From Phoronis australis (Eukaryota; Animalia; Phoronida), in assembly GCA_002633005.1 (NCBI GenBank), contig NMRA01000097.1, positions 574,766-638,765 of the forward strand: a stretch of DNA of 64,000 bases, written 5' to 3'. Shown in pieces: positions 37,941 to 51,969 of the stretch. How positions within the stretch are numbered: the stretch's first letter is position 1; each line of letters starts with the position of its first letter. The notes under the pieces were generated by a model that made no database searches, was not told the DNA's origin, and saw only the letters and a list, made by a program, of their open reading frames with translations. Made by a program: the position numbers and the translations under genes.

Positions 37941-39906
37941 CAGTGGCGGATCTACGGGGAGTTCAGGGAGTTTAAACCCCCCCCCCCTCGGGCCAGGACC
38001 CAAAAATTAAAAAAAAAACAAAAGCGTCTCCAGCAAAACAAAAACGGCACCGCCAGCGTGTGTAAACCCCAAGTAATCCAACTTGGAAAAAATTGAGGGG
38101 GGGTTCACTCTGGAAATATAGTTTTTTGCATTGTGAATTGATGAGTCTTTGTGGCTCATCGGAAAAACGCGCGAGGATTTATTGTGCGCACGCTTCGTGC
38201 AACGTTTTTACCTCATCTGTCATGCCGTGTCATTCTATTAAACTCAACACGGTTGTAACTGGTGTATAGTAAAGTTGTCTTGCGCAATATCGTACAGTGT
38301 ACATGTACATGTAATATTGTGTACATGTACATGTAATATTTTTGAAAAAAAATCTTTTTCTGAAGAATTGCTGTTGTGGCGAGCGCCGTGGTCTGGTCGC
38401 GAGTCCGTTTGAAGACACACTCTATAACAAGTTATGTCTATACAAGGAACTCACATTGAGAAAGTGACCGCATTCGCGAAAAGTGTACAGTACCAGAAAT
38501 TGCGGGGAGGCTGTTCTTTCACAACAAAGTCTTGCGGGACTCGTGCGATGTTCAATAGGCCTCCTAAGGAGCCCTAGTTCCGACCTCAACACCTACATGT
38601 ACCACCTGTCTACTTGCAATAAGCACACTGCCGTCTTCTATACTGGGAATTTCCGCAGAAAGGCTCACCCGATGAAACGCTCATGCCCATGGGCATTTAT
38701 TTGATATAAGTACTTCGGGTTTCAAGCGTTCAGACTTTGGGACGTTTATTTCGAAAATTGCAAGAGATGCAAATAGGTCCTGGGATTCATCGTCAAGGTT
38801 TGAAGTAGTCCATGATGAACGGATCAAATTTAGTTGCGCATGTAAGTCTTTTGAATGGACTTGGCAACCTCAAGGGTCTTAGTGTCAACTGAGCTGCGAA
38901 ACGAGATGCTGACATTGTAGAGGCTTNNNNNNNNNNNNNNNNNNNNNNNNNNNNNNNNNNNNNNNNNNNNNNNNNNNNNNNNNNNNNNNNNNNNNNNNNN
39001 NNNNNNNNNNNNNNNNNNNNNNNNNNNNNNNNNNNNNNNNNNNNNNNNNNNNNNNNNNNNNNNNNNNNNNNNNNNNNNNNNNNNNNNNNNNNNNNNNNNN
39101 NNNNNNNNNNNNNNNNNNNNNNNNNNNNNNNNNNNNNNNNNNNNNNNNNNNNNNNNNNNNNNNNNNNNNNNNNNNNNNNNNNNNNNNNNNNNNNNNNNNN
39201 NNNNNNNNNNNNNNNNNNNNNNNNNNNNNNNNNNNNNNNNNNNNNNNNNNNNNNNNNNNNNNNNNNNNNNNNNNNNNNNNNNNNNNNNNNNNNNNNNNNN
39301 NNNNNNNNNNNNNNNNNNNNNNNNNNNNNNNNNNNNNNNNNNNNNNNNNNNNNNNNNNNNNNNNNNNNNNNNNNNNNNNNNNNNNNNNNNNNNNNNNNNN
39401 NNNNNNNNNNNNNNNNNNNNNNNNNNNNNNNNNNNNNNNNNNNNNNNNNNNNNNNNNNNNNNNNNNNNNNNNNNNNNNNNNNNNNNNNNNNNNNNNNNNN
39501 NNNNNNNNNNNNNNNNNNNNNNNNNNNNNNNNNNNNNNNNNNNNNNNNNNNNNNNNNNNNNNNNNNNNNNNNNNNNNNNNNNNNNNNNNNNNNNNNNNNN
39601 NNNNNNNNNNNNNNNNNNNNNNNNNNNNNNNNNNNNNNNNNNNNNNNNNNNNNNNNNNNNNNNNNNNNNNNNNNNNNNNNNNNNNNNNNNNNNNNNNNNN
39701 NNNNNNNNNNNNNNNNNNNNNNNNNNNNNNNNNNNNNNNNNNNNNNNNNNNNNNNNNNNNNNNNNNNNNNNNNNNNNNNNNNNNNNNNNNNNNNNNNNNN
39801 NNNNNNNNNNNNNNNNNNNNNNNNNNNNNNNNNNNNNACGCACCTAGGATTCGACCTTGGCGGGAATCCTAAACCCCCCCTTGCTGAAAACGTAGATCCG
39901 CCACTG
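37941..39906. mobile_element. hAT-like non-autonomous element spanning the assembly gap
   Basis: Perfect TIR cagtggcggatctacg / cgtagatccgccactg; agcta on both flanks. Confidence 0.7.
38927..39837. other. Assembly gap
   Basis: Run of N. Confidence 1.
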
Positions 39907-40532
39907 AGCTATATAGTCCGATTGGTCTGAAAATCGTCGTCATCTGTTGCCATCTGTATAGAAGTCCATCTGTCAAATTCCGCAAAGTTACTTCAAATAG
40001 TTAAGGGGGCAGAACTTGTGACTAAGCCAGGGCCTGGAGTACGTTGCTTGCTCGAATTAACGGCACTGCACATGCCGGGTGCTGAGAAGCCAAGACCTGG
40101 TTCTGCCACAGTACACAGTGCATGCGCGATGGGTAGGTGAAACACATCCGCTATTAAATAATTTTGACGGCGAAAATGAAAATGAATAACTTTAATCTCA
40201 CCGACAACGTTTAGATTGGTAAAACGCGACTGACACGACAAACAAGAATGCAGTGATTTATAAACAACCGCTTCTCCGTGACTTGTTCGTTGCTTTCTTG
40301 AGACGTAATATCAGATGGTGTGATAAGTTGGTCAAATATTCTAGGATTTGACGTCATACCTTAGTTACATGAAGATGCACAGTTCGAAAATTATCTAATA
40401 ATGCCATGCAACATTTCATGAAGTCGAATTGACAATAACCCGTGTGCAATTTGTGGTTTTAGATTCATTGTGCTTGAAATCTAGTTATTTGACAAAGCGA
40501 GATAACCGATGGCGTTGTGTATTTCAAATCAG

Positions 40533-40922
40533 TTGGACCTGACAACATATGGGTAAAGGATAGAAACAGTGACGTGGAGATTGCAAACGGGGGTGTCTTT
40601 TATGTGGTTTACGGCAAGGAGTATAACATCAGCTGCGTCACCGACAGTGCCTTTGAGAACGTCGAGCTTCTCTTGGGCCCCGTGAGGACAGACGGTACAA
40701 TAGCAACTACAACTCAGGGACTTCGGTCGTTCGGAAATGGCAGCCTGAGCAACGTCTCTCAGTCGGACGCCTCCAACAACGGGGCAGTATTCTCTCTAGT
40801 GTTTACCTTTGTCGCTGATGTGTCAGTGCACCATAAATTTTTGAAATGTTGTGCAAGAAACCGTAATCGCACAGTGGAGCCGTTATCGAACACGTTTGAA
40901 GTGGTGTTGAACGTTGGTAAAG
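40533..40922 (+). CDS. Exon Ig10 (type A)
   Basis: aatcag acceptor; donor aag|gtaagc (in-frame alternative ends at 40916); (F)GPDNIW...YNISCVTDSAF...FTFVADVSVHHKFLKCCARN. Confidence 0.88.
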
Positions 40923-41974
40923 GTAAGCGTAACAAATTTTCAAATTATTAACAAGATATCGCAATACATGGCTTACGAGACTGTGACATCACTCGCTTTC
41001 ATTCTCTAGCATTACCTCATGGACGGGCTTTTGGTGTCGAAGGAGAAAATTGCTATGAGGAAACTGGGTTTCTTACTAAATAATATTAAGTTAGAACGTG
41101 CACGGGCGAGCATAAATATCGACACAGAGAATAACGGCCCCATAACCCGTATCAATTACAAAACATCCCTGTTCATTGCGAACCTTCGTATGCCGGCACA
41201 CATTCCACAACCCCCGATCGTCAAAAATTTCAAAATTGCCACGCGGTGGGGGAGGGTATAACCAGTAGGTTTACCCCCATGGTGAAACTACGTTTTACCA
41301 CACCCTAGTTTTTCCCACGGTTGCTAAACATTTCAACCCTCAGGCACTGAAATGTTACATGTACGCCCATGCCTCCCGTTGACTGTCAGTGCCCGGTAAT
41401 GTAGCTGGTTGCTTGCATCATCGATTGGCTTTCATATGCATTGATTATACGGCCATGAACAACACATTTACAGGATGACACCAGTGGTGAGACATGATAA
41501 CACGTAAATAAGAACTCCAGATAGCTTACTTATTAAATTCGTCCATCACGTTCTCAAGCGTCATAATGTATTATCCAGTTTGAAACGTGGCACCTAACAA
41601 TGTTCTGTCTTGTACATGATATACTTGGGGCCTATGGCCATGTGTATATGTCTCAATAAATCATATTGAAATGTATTCAGACGCAAGAAAAAATATAAGC
41701 AGGGATAATACCACCAGGCACTCGTTTTTGTGCTGGTCCTATACATGTACAAGTAATCTACAGAACACAATGATGATCACGTAGAAATATTCAGAGGCAT
41801 GAAGCGAATCCTGTTGAAGAAAACATGAATGAAAACCAATCCATAGCTCAATTAATAAAATAATTCTCCAGAGATGCAAGAATGTAAAAGCAGGATCACA
41901 CTACTTAGTATTAAGTTATTACTGACCTCTAGTTGAACAATAAGAACCTTGCGTGACCTTGATTTTCATTTCAG

Positions 41975-42307
41975 CTGAACTAACGTTGAATATCACGAAA
42001 GGAAACGACACGGTCTACAAACTTCCTGGCCGATCTGACGAAAAAAACCCGCTGGTGAATGGCAACCAATACATTGGCGAATGCTCAACGCTCAGTGTTG
42101 TTCCAGATGTCCAAGTCAGCTGGCGAACTGATTTTGGCACCATTGGCCAGGCGCAGAGAATTACTTACGGTAGTCTCTCGAAGTACTACCGCACCATCAC
42201 ATTGCATGCAGAGGATAATCTGAACAATGGCGTTCTCACCTGTTGCGTCAGTCATAATGTCGTCAAAGAGATTAACAATACTAGGTCTCTTACGCTGACA
42301 GTTCATT
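41975..42307 (+). CDS. Exon Ig11 (type B)
   Basis: atttcag acceptor, t|gtgagt donor; 333 nt; YIGECSTLSVVPDVQVSW...LNNGVLTCCVSHNVVKE. Confidence 0.9.
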
Positions 42308-43325
42308 GTGAGTATAAATGGTGGGTCTCTGCATGGGTCCAGCTCACACGCACGTGACGCTACAAGGGAGCAGTAAAAGTGTCATCTTTAATTGTAACTA
42401 GTTGAATGTCACCCAGGAGCTTTTTCCGAAATCGCTGTCACCTGGCCGCTAAGGGCAAAATCCAACATGGCCGACGCTCCAATTTTCGGAAAATGTCTTG
42501 TTGATAGTTAAGCACCATCCTAATAGCGTAAACGTGACTAGTTTCTGAATTGGCAGAATCCGAGAAGTGTAAGCTTTTAGCGTACAATAAGTTTGAAGAC
42601 AAAGTAAGCTACACCACATCTTAAACCTGAAAGTACCCAGATCCCGCGAAATCGTTAATCTATGCACTCCTGAGAAACTTCTGAATGTGAAAATTTTGAT
42701 AGCACACAGAATAAGCTCATCTCGTTAACAGCAGCATTCTCACATGAAACCACATGATGGCGTTTGGTCATTTTATGTTTACTGTCTTTGGGTCCGTCCA
42801 AGAAAACTGACTTAGTTAAGACAAATCTTAAATTTCAGTCTAAGATAAAGCATAAATTTGTCTCAAGTCTTTTTCAAGAAATAAATTTTTAGTTTGACTT
42901 GAGTTTTTGATTTGAAAATTGTCTTAATTTTAATTATCTTGCCGCATGTGGACGTTTCAACGTTTGAATGTTGAAAAAATTTGTTGTAGACTAAAGTCAC
43001 AAATGAATTCAAGCCAGTTTTTTGAAACGGCACATTGACTAGAGGACGTTTCCAGATGTATCTTGTATACCCTAAAAGGGCTTCATTAATGTTTGCAAAT
43101 ATGATTGCATGGTTATGAAATCGGTCGTCAGGTTTTTAGATGATTCGATTACTGCTGCCCCTGGTGACAGTTTGTACACCTAAATAGTTTGGAGAAATTT
43201 CATGAAATTTAGCCAAAAGGTTTCTGTCTAGGAGACGATGGCCCGTAGATGCTATCGAATGATGATAACCCATGGCAATTAAGTGATCCCAATTGCAGTG
43301 TTATTCTGTTTCTGTCTCCCAATAG

Positions 43326-43667
43326 TTGGCCCTGAGGACTTACACCTAACAAGCCAAGACAAGAGCCTCAACCAAACTAGCGGAAAGTACGGTGTTGCTT
43401 TCCAACACTTAAGTAAAGTCACTTGCACGACGGATTCTGTGAACCCCGGAGTAAATGGGCAGCTGACACTAACTAAAACAGACAACAGGAAGCAAATAGA
43501 AACCCAAGCAACCAGCACAGGTGGCAATCACGGCGGCGAAAACTACACATTAGCTTTAACCTTCAGTGGCACCTATCAATGCCACCATGTTCCTCTTGTA
43601 TGTGAATTTTCCAACTCGGAGGTTGCGGAATTCAACAAAAGAACGGAAATAGAAGTTTATATCGTCG
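43326..43667 (+). CDS. Exon Ig12 (type A)
   Basis: ctcccaatag acceptor, g|gtaagt donor; 342 nt; (F)GPEDLHL...VTCTTDSVNP...LTFSG...LVCEFSN. Confidence 0.9.
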
Positions 43668-44513
43668 GTAAGTATACTGATGGGTAATTTTCAGTTCATT
43701 ATTGCAAACATATAAAAATTGAGAGAATAATGAAAAAATAGAATCACGTTAACATATATATTAGTCCAATGCACGCTACAGATGTTGTCGATGATTTTGA
43801 ACAGTTTAGTATGCTTCTATGCTGTGTCTGCTCCCGTCTTTTTTCTTCTAATAAGTAGCTCAAGTGCAGTGCTACTAATTCAAGAAAAACAGCTTTTCAT
43901 GTAGACAACTCGGGCAATGTGTAACTCTAATTATTTCGTGTCTCATGTTTTGTTCTGTCGTCTTTTCCGGATATCGCTTGAAGAATCGTCTTTAAAGCAG
44001 ATAGATAATATTTAAGAGAAAGGCAAACATTAATTTTCGAAATGTGTCGTTGTAGACCCTCAGTGGCAACTGTACCTTTCTTTGCATGTGTCTTAAGTAT
44101 CAGTCCACGGATCCACCGACCACCGTACAGCCAACAAGCGGCAAGGTGGGGGGTCAACCATTCAGATCCATGTTTAGTCTGATAAATCACATTAGGGATG
44201 AGAGAAAATGGGTGAAGTATGACACCACNCCCTAGTGACAAAATGTCTTTGCCATATTTACCAAGCTCTTCAATGGGTTTCCATTCAGTTTGTTCCAAGT
44301 TTTCCTTAGAGACATGGACGTAACTGAAAAAGTGAGCACTCAGCACCCCTTATGTCTTCGTTGATGCCCTCGTTGGGTGCGTTCTTCTTAACTCTACTTA
44401 CATACGTGTACATGTATGTGATAAGTGTGGCCAAAAACTCGCATTTATTGGGTACTACAGGCGTACTACACGTGTAAGTGCAAAGATTTTCGCAATGAGG
44501 AATGTATTTTCAG

Positions 44514-44861
44514 CTGATCCTGTGAATATAGAGGTAAACGTTATGAAATGTAATGGCTTGTGTCAACAACTGCACGAAAAAGTCAATGGTGCTCATCTGC
44601 AACAACCGCTTCTCGACGGGCAAGGTTACCAATTGCAATGTGATGTCAAAACGCAGTTTTTTGATCTCGTCGTTGCTTGGAGCAACGATCTTGGTGGCTT
44701 AGAGATGACGAAAGGCACGTTTACGATTGGCGGCCTTCGACGAAGAGCCTTCAACTTTGTTGCGAATAAGATGCATCACGGTCGTCGGCTTTCATGCTCC
44801 GGCTCTCACAGTGTTGTTTGGGAAGCAAATAACAATCGCTCTGTAGTTCTCAGTGTATATT
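44514..44861 (+). CDS. Exon Ig13 (type B)
   Basis: attttcag acceptor, t|gtgagt donor; 348 nt; YQLQCDVKTQFFDLVVAW...FNFVA...LSCSGSHSVVWE. Confidence 0.9.
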
Positions 44862-44997
44862 GTGAGTATATTTGAATACTGGGTGATCAGATACTTCTCA
44901 GGATGCAATGAAGTTACCTTAAATATTTCCTTAGCGCCTGAGTGATTGAAGTACACTGTATCTACCTGGTCTTTTCTGTGCGTATCATATTCATGTA

Positions 44998-46418
44998 CAG
45001 TACAGCCACTGAATTTTTAGACTTCGTCCGGGCTACCTCACGCCTGGCCAGACCGGAGCGCAACCGGAACACAGTCGTGACAGAAATCAGTCACGGTCGC
45101 CTCACGCCTACTCTCCGGGTAGTCCTCACGCTTACCTCCTGTTGAGCTAACGCCTTCATCACGCCTCGTTCCCGCTTTCTCTGTGCCTCCGTCACGCTTA
45201 CCTCATGCTTTCTTCACGCCTTCGGTAGCTGTGGTAACCATGGTAGGGCACCAGGCTAATCAGTTAAAATACATGTAACGTCTTGATTGCCTGTCGTTTC
45301 GGTCAAGTTGCAAAGACATTATAGTATATTATAGAGTATCTTTGCAAGCGGTCATCTATCACATTTGGGTTCCGACTAACTTTGTAATTCCACGTGTTGT
45401 TCATACAAACGTCTTCCTTCAGCTCGTCTTGTGTTATACTTACATGTACATTTTCAATTTACGACTTAAGAGCCAGTCCCATCAATGACAAACATGTACA
45501 TGTACAGTAACCACGGTTAGTAAATACGAATAAAAGCGACCCTGTGCCCAGAGTCATCTTTACATGGCTGTGGACTCCTTGAAACTTGTCACAGGTGGAT
45601 ATAGTTAATTCGCCCTAAAAATAGCATACGCATCTTGTGAAGTATTGTGTCACTCCGTAAATTTTTTCACCGCACTGACGTACAGAAAATTTCAATAGGC
45701 CGCCCTTCTGACATACCCATCCCTTACTGCAAGCAAATGTTTTGACTTAAAAGTCCTAAATCCGTGGTGCAGTTCAATTATTTGTAGCCCCCTCCCCGTA
45801 GTACATGCGTTTCGACTGAGTAAACAGTATCCCCGGGGTACTTCTTCACTAAAATAATAATAGTGGTCACCTGTTTGACTCGTCAAATGTATGGGCGTGA
45901 TCAGTTTTCTCCGCATGATGCCGGAACTTGGGATCAATGTGCTCAGAATTGACATGCTATGCTCCTTCATATCGTGAAGGCAATTGAATAATTCTGCCGT
46001 GTACACGCGTGTTAAGATTCTTGATTAGTTGATATAAAAACAAGTAATTATAAATAAGTGAAAAGTAAAGTCCACAGGTCTGTTTTTTGAAGTGACTTAA
46101 GATTTGAGACGGACATTTTGGTCTTTTACTGCACGTGACGATTTCAACAAAAAATTAAACCTCACATGAGCAAAAGCCTATGAGAATACACACATCACTG
46201 CTAGTTACTGGTGTAATTTTAATAACTAACTTTATCATCTGCGATGCAGGTAAACTCACGCCTAACTCACGGTAAGCTCCGGGTACAGTCACGCTTAGGC
46301 TCACGCCAGCTGTCACGGTTGATTCACGCCTCACTCTCCGGTCTGTCTCTGGTTACGGTCACGGGTGGCTAGACCGGAGAGACACCGGAGAGGGTCTAAT
46401 AATTCAGTGACTGTACTG
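44998..46418. mobile_element. TA-flanked TIR element (Tc1/mariner/pogo-like, non-autonomous)
   Basis: ta|cagtacagccactgaatttttagac ... gtctaataattcagtgactgtactg|ta; clustered tcacgc and accgga subterminal motifs at both ends. Confidence 0.75.
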
Positions 46419-46617
46419 TACATGTATGAACTGTATTGTATTTTGGGCTACGTAGCGGTGTTTGAGAGATTCGTTCTATACTATCTATTATGACTGGTCA
46501 CAAATTTGCAGTGATACTTAACTTTTCTGTCAAGTCGACATGTTCAATGAGGGTGTTACCACGTGTTTAGTGCTCTCGATTAACTTACCCTGCAACGCTT
46601 GTGTCTTCGTGTTGTAG

Positions 46618-46995
46618 ATGGTCCCAATAGTCTGTCAGTGGCCAGTGACCTCGGAACAGTTGACAACAGTGCCAAAACCATAGGAGTACATTATGGCAGC
46701 ACATACCGGGTGAGCTGCACTACGAACGAAGTGAACCAGGAGGCAGTGACGAAGTTTGGCTTTCTTTTTGAAAATGGCTCGATGGCTCTGTCAAACAATT
46801 CGGCCAACCTCTTCGGTCTTGGCGCAGTTTATCCGATTGTAGGAACCGGCGTATTGAATGGGGGAACGGTTTACACCAGTACTATATCCTTTGTAGCTGA
46901 TCTCTCCATCCACGACCAGAGTTTGAGATGTAAATCTTTCAACAAAGATAACACAGGCTTTGAAGTGGAGCTCTCCTTCAAAGTCCAAATCTTGT
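46618..46995 (+). CDS. Exon Ig14 (type A)
   Basis: gttgtag acceptor, t|gtacgg donor; 378 nt; (Y)GPNSLSV...YRVSCTTNEVN...ISFVADLSIHDQSLRCKSFN. Confidence 0.88.
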
Positions 46996-49900
46996 GTACG
47001 GTTTGTTTGTTTCCTGTATTTGACCGCAATCTGAGCAGTATTTCAGCCACACAGTTTTAGCTGTTGCTTGCAGCCGAATAGCAAACAGGTAAAAGCTTCG
47101 GCAACATATGCCAATGGTCAGTGTTTTTCAAAAGCACTGGACAAACCCGTATGCGTGCCCAGGCTCTCATATGTTTACGAAAACTTCCAGCATTTGCTTT
47201 AGCCACGCGCGATTACCGGTGATTTCAGGAATATACTTGTAGCCCACTAACATAAATCCTCTTGGGGGCCGTTTCTGAAACAAAGACCGAAAGAACCCAA
47301 ATAGAGGCTTCGTGGTCCTTTTGGATTCCTGGTAATTTCCGAAAAATATCAAACTTGAGACACTACATTTTTATTGCTGAATCAGTGGAGGCGTTGCCAG
47401 ACTATTTTTGTGTTAGCCAAACTGCCGAAAAAGTAAAATCTGGTTGGTGTATCGAGTCCATGACCGGCCGATGTTTCTTTGACCGCCCATGGTCTTACAC
47501 GTGCTGCCTCCTTAGTTTGAAAATTGCGGGCTTCGAAGGCAGTACAGTAATCCACCAATTATGAGTTAACACCGTGGACGTTCCGTTACCGGTACTGGTG
47601 GATCGAAACCCCAAAGCGCTGCATTTTATAAATCGGAAGTGCAAGATACACGCATAAAAATGAATGCGCTCACATTTCACTAGCTCGGTAACTTTGAATC
47701 CTGCAGGCTGTTCCGTCTTAACATTATGCTTTGAAACTGATGGTCATTTTCGACACTTTGCTTGAATTTACCGGGAAGTTTTTGATTTTGGACATTTTTG
47801 ATATCCGGCGCTTTCAGTGCTATGACTAATTTGCGTCGGAACGCTTAATGCCTTTAATACATGTATCTATACCTCAACCAAAACCAGTCACACTATCCAG
47901 AAAGGCAGGGCACAGTTAAGAAATATTAAATGGCCGTTTTAAATTGAATGTGCAATGTACATGGAATGAACTGAAAATTACCGAGATCGTTCGCGGAATG
48001 AGAATGTGGTGCACGTTCGCTAGGAGTAGGGAAGACCGCAAAAATCTAACGGAACATTCCGGCACCAACACGTATAAGTTGTACTTTGTAATTGACTCTA
48101 CACAAACATTACAAAGCTGTCAACACTACAGCGCCACGCAGCGGCATCACAATTGATTGGAAGCATTCCTGCGAAGACGCCCAAACCTCAATGCTCGTGC
48201 AAAAGGAGGGGCATGTGAAGGAACAAGTCATACTGCACAGTCCCCATTTTACCTTTTGCGGCGTCGGGGCACATTGTTCAGAATTTATCCAGAATCTCAG
48301 CGTCAAATTCAAAAGAAAAATTCAAAGGTTGTTCATAGCTAATGATGTTACTTGATGGTTTCTGAAAGAGGGCCCGATGACAGGATAAATCCTCACTCGA
48401 CCGTTTATTCTTAGCGTACCACAGCACTCTCATCCAACAACACATTTTGAAAGCTCTATAAAAATGAGCAAAATGGCTTTACTTTAGATTATATATTTCA
48501 GACGATGATGATTTGTTTCTACATGACGACCATTTAGCTGCAAGAATTGGCTGATAAATCCGAATCAGACAGTAGTTTTGGTCGGTTCTGAGTGCACTTC
48601 TGTGATAATTTTGAGGCGGTTGGTCACGTACCAGCAGAATACAGCCGCTTGTCTTCGTGCTTTGAGGTCAAAGTTGAAACGGTTACGCCCCTTTCACACA
48701 TTTCAGGTTCAGAGGGCGGTTCATGACGAGTCCGTTATGCGCCATGAAGTGTCCAGGTAAAGGTAAATCTCCTAGATTTCGATGCGTAAATGTGAACGTG
48801 ACTCAGCCTTTGACTGCAATCTCGAAAGACTGCAGGGACGTTTCGGAGTTGTCGATTCTATCACAGAAGCCACGATGTTTACGTGGTTTCTTCCAGAGTG
48901 AACAGGTTTCACTGCGATCGGTCATCATGTGCATTCTTCCCAAATGCGTGCACATGCTGTGGAGCCCCGCCAGAATTCTCCACACATCGCGGAGTCAAAA
49001 TTACTACGAAAACACGGACGTTTACGCAATTGGCTCGATACGTTACTTATCCGTTATGTGATGGAACTGTAAAAAGAACAGATCGTAAATATTGTGTGAA
49101 CATTTTCAGCTGATGAAATTGGTAGAAAATTTTATTTGTATTTGAAATAAGTTCGTTTTATGCACATTGTATTTAAATTTTCAATAGCGAGATCGTAAAC
49201 ACCTGGCCATTCATTAAAATTACCGGTTTTAAAACAAAACGTAATCTTTTCGTACTACTTTCAGCTTTCAATGTTTATATTAATGTAAATCTAAATATAT
49301 GGAGAATAAATTCGTTTAAGAGTCAAAAAATTGTCAATTTAAGCGTTTTCTCTTTTCAACATCACTTCAAGGCAAATAACCTGACAAATGTAATAAACCG
49401 TTGAGTATACTCAAAAAACGTACACCTTCACCACAAGGAGCAAGCTCGGTCCTTCTAACGTTCGTCAGTTTCCGTATGACGTCGCCATGTACATTCAAGC
49501 TTTTGCACTGGATTTTCCGCCAAATCCGATCTTTGTCTTATCTAACGAAATTTTAAGGCACTGAAAACATTTTTGCGAGCCTAAAACCATCTAGATAACT
49601 ACTCAATTTTTTACCTCCGCTGTGACGGTTCCCCGCAGTGGCACGCCGCATTTGTTCGACCAATCGGCTAAATTTTCACATCAGAAAAACAACAAACTTC
49701 TTTGTCATATTTATTGTCTGATACTTTGAACATCACTCATACTTATGTAACAGGCATTTTAACCAATTCTTTCGTGCTAAAATTGAATTCTAGATGAACG
49801 ATTGAACGACGTTACTTTAGCAAAGCTTCGACACTCGGTGACGTTTGCATGAGAAAAGAATTGGTTACTGAGAGTAAGATTGCAAGTGATGACGAAAGAG

Positions 49901-50133
49901 TCTTTCAGCTCCTAAAGAAAAAAATCTCTTCAACTGGAAGTGGACGCTGACATTAAGAACGAACATGCTTGGGGAAGGAATACTGGCGGTGATGTGACAG
50001 TGAGATAACGGATCTCGGTTCCCGTACTTGGCTAAGTGTTGCGTGTACTCGCTAAAGCCCTAAACAGCATCACGGAAAGCAGTTAGCCTGTATCGAAGAT
50101 GCAAGTCTGTAATAAATGTTCTCTCTCTTGTAG

Positions 50134-50502
50134 CCCGGGTGGTCGATTTATCTTTAACTGTCGTTAATGAAGCCGGGAAGGTGTTCTATGAAAGGTCCAA
50201 ATCCTCGAGTTTATCTAAGCCGTTGACCACCGATGAAGCCTACACCGCCATTTGCAGATTCAGAACCGACATTCCACTGGCACAACTTCGCTGGGTACTT
50301 GCTAATGGGTGGAAAGGCGTCAACATTGACCACCAAAATCAAACTGTTCTGTTTGATGGTGGCACTCGCGTTTACGCATACGAAAAGAGGTTCAACGTGA
50401 AAGCTGCAGATAAACTGAATGACCTTGAGCTCAAGTGCGAAGCGCAACACGACATTGTGATGGAAATCCAGTCGGAAGTAACATTCACCCAAGAAGTTAT
50501 AT
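50134..50502 (+). CDS. Exon Ig15 (type B)
   Basis: ctctcttgtag acceptor, t|gtacgt donor; 369 nt; YTAICRFRTDIPLAQLRW...LNDLELKCEAQHDIVME. Confidence 0.9.
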
Positions 50503-50545
50503 GTACGTGAGCATTTAGTAATTTCGTGTTGCCGTATCTCCCATG

Positions 50546-50613
50546 CATGGGCGGCACACCACTGAAAAAATGGGAGGCTATTGCTCCCCCAGACGCCATG
50601 GTGCGCCGCCCAT
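50546..50613. mobile_element. Tiny MITE; related copies at about 5284-5400
   Basis: catgggcggcacacca...tggtgcgccgcccatg inverted ends. Confidence 0.55.
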
Positions 50614-51969
50614 GTCTCTAATCTCTTGCATTTTTGCGCTGAAGCCTGTTTCATGACAGTGGCTTTAAAACATTTGAGACAAAAACTATGTATTCTTAAA
50701 AGCTCCCAGTCTACTTTGCTGAATATGGGCTTAGCCAAACATGAAGTATGAGTGCATCATAGTCTGGATTTAATTTATAGAAATTAGCTCAGTAACTTGC
50801 TGTGTGTGAGTGACTTGGCACTTTCGCGTAGGTGAGATTCGATTATTTTTCAGAAATACCTATGTGGAGCGTAAGACAAAATTTCTGTCTTTAGTTTTAA
50901 TTCACTTTTCATCAGCATACGCCAGGCTTCGAGTCTAACCTATTTACCCGAAATCGAACTGGAACGCATCGTTGACACTTCCCGCTCTCGTTTAATGACA
51001 ACTCAAGACGAGTGTCTATAATTCTTTGCTCGTGTACATGTACCTTACGGTTTACGTGGGTGATATTACAATCCAAGTTTGCACTTGATGACTTCAGCGT
51101 TTAAGTCACGAGTTCGAACCCGAACTCGAAATTACGAAGTTCTTCTCGGCCGAAATCTCGAGTTTTTATTCAAAGATGTAGATGGAATTTAAGAGTCGCC
51201 TAGTGTGAACTAGGGCTAAAAAAATCCTCTGAGGAACCCAATAAGGGCACGCGCATAGATTATTAAACCACTGAATTTGTATTGAAGCAGGACGGAAAAT
51301 GTCAAAAAGTAGAGAGATTACACACGGCAGTATGTCCCAGCTCAAACTTAAACCAACCAAAACATATCTCTGGCAGTTCATTTGATAACAGTACATTGTA
51401 AAAGTTCCTTTTCGCCCCGTTTAAACGGCTAAAAATGAAAATCTAGTTAGGTACGTCACTCTCACAAAATGTGCAACGTAAATCTTGCCCTGATAGGATT
51501 CCGCTTCCACACGGTGTCGAAAAAGACTCTGTTATTATACGTGGGCGCTATTTCCTCACAGCGGCTCATTAGCTAGATTGTTTCAGTTTAAGCGTTAGCC
51601 ATTACTACCGATTAAGCTGACTTGGTAAGGAGTTTGTCAACTAGGCAACACGTGGCCCATCGGTTGGCCATTTAGGGGCTACAATACTTCCTTTCGCTTT
51701 CTGTACGCATTTCGTTACATGTATTTTGAACGGGCGGTAGGCCAAATCCAGGGGGGGTGATTTGTCTTGGGAAGAACTGGCGGATCGTTCTTGGCAGGTC
51801 GATCATTGCACGCGTTGGTCTTGTTCTTAAGTATCAAAGAAGTGTCAGTTCTTCTCTTGCCCAAAACTCAGTCCTCGTATGAGCAAGGACACGTTTAGAC
51901 ATAGTTAACAGTGGTGAAGGGTCTAAACCGAACTTCTGTTTCATTTACGGTTGTCGTACACCTTTGCAG

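Noticed and set aside
38830-39843. 337-aa ORF
   Set aside because: Artefact of the N gap.
43927-44346. 139-aa minus-strand ORF
   Set aside because: It crosses the N join at 44229 and has no motif I recognise.
47100-49113. Cluster of short ORFs, with faint THAP-like or HTH-like words
   Set aside because: The motifs are too fragmentary and there are no Ig-type exon boundaries; probably decayed repeats.
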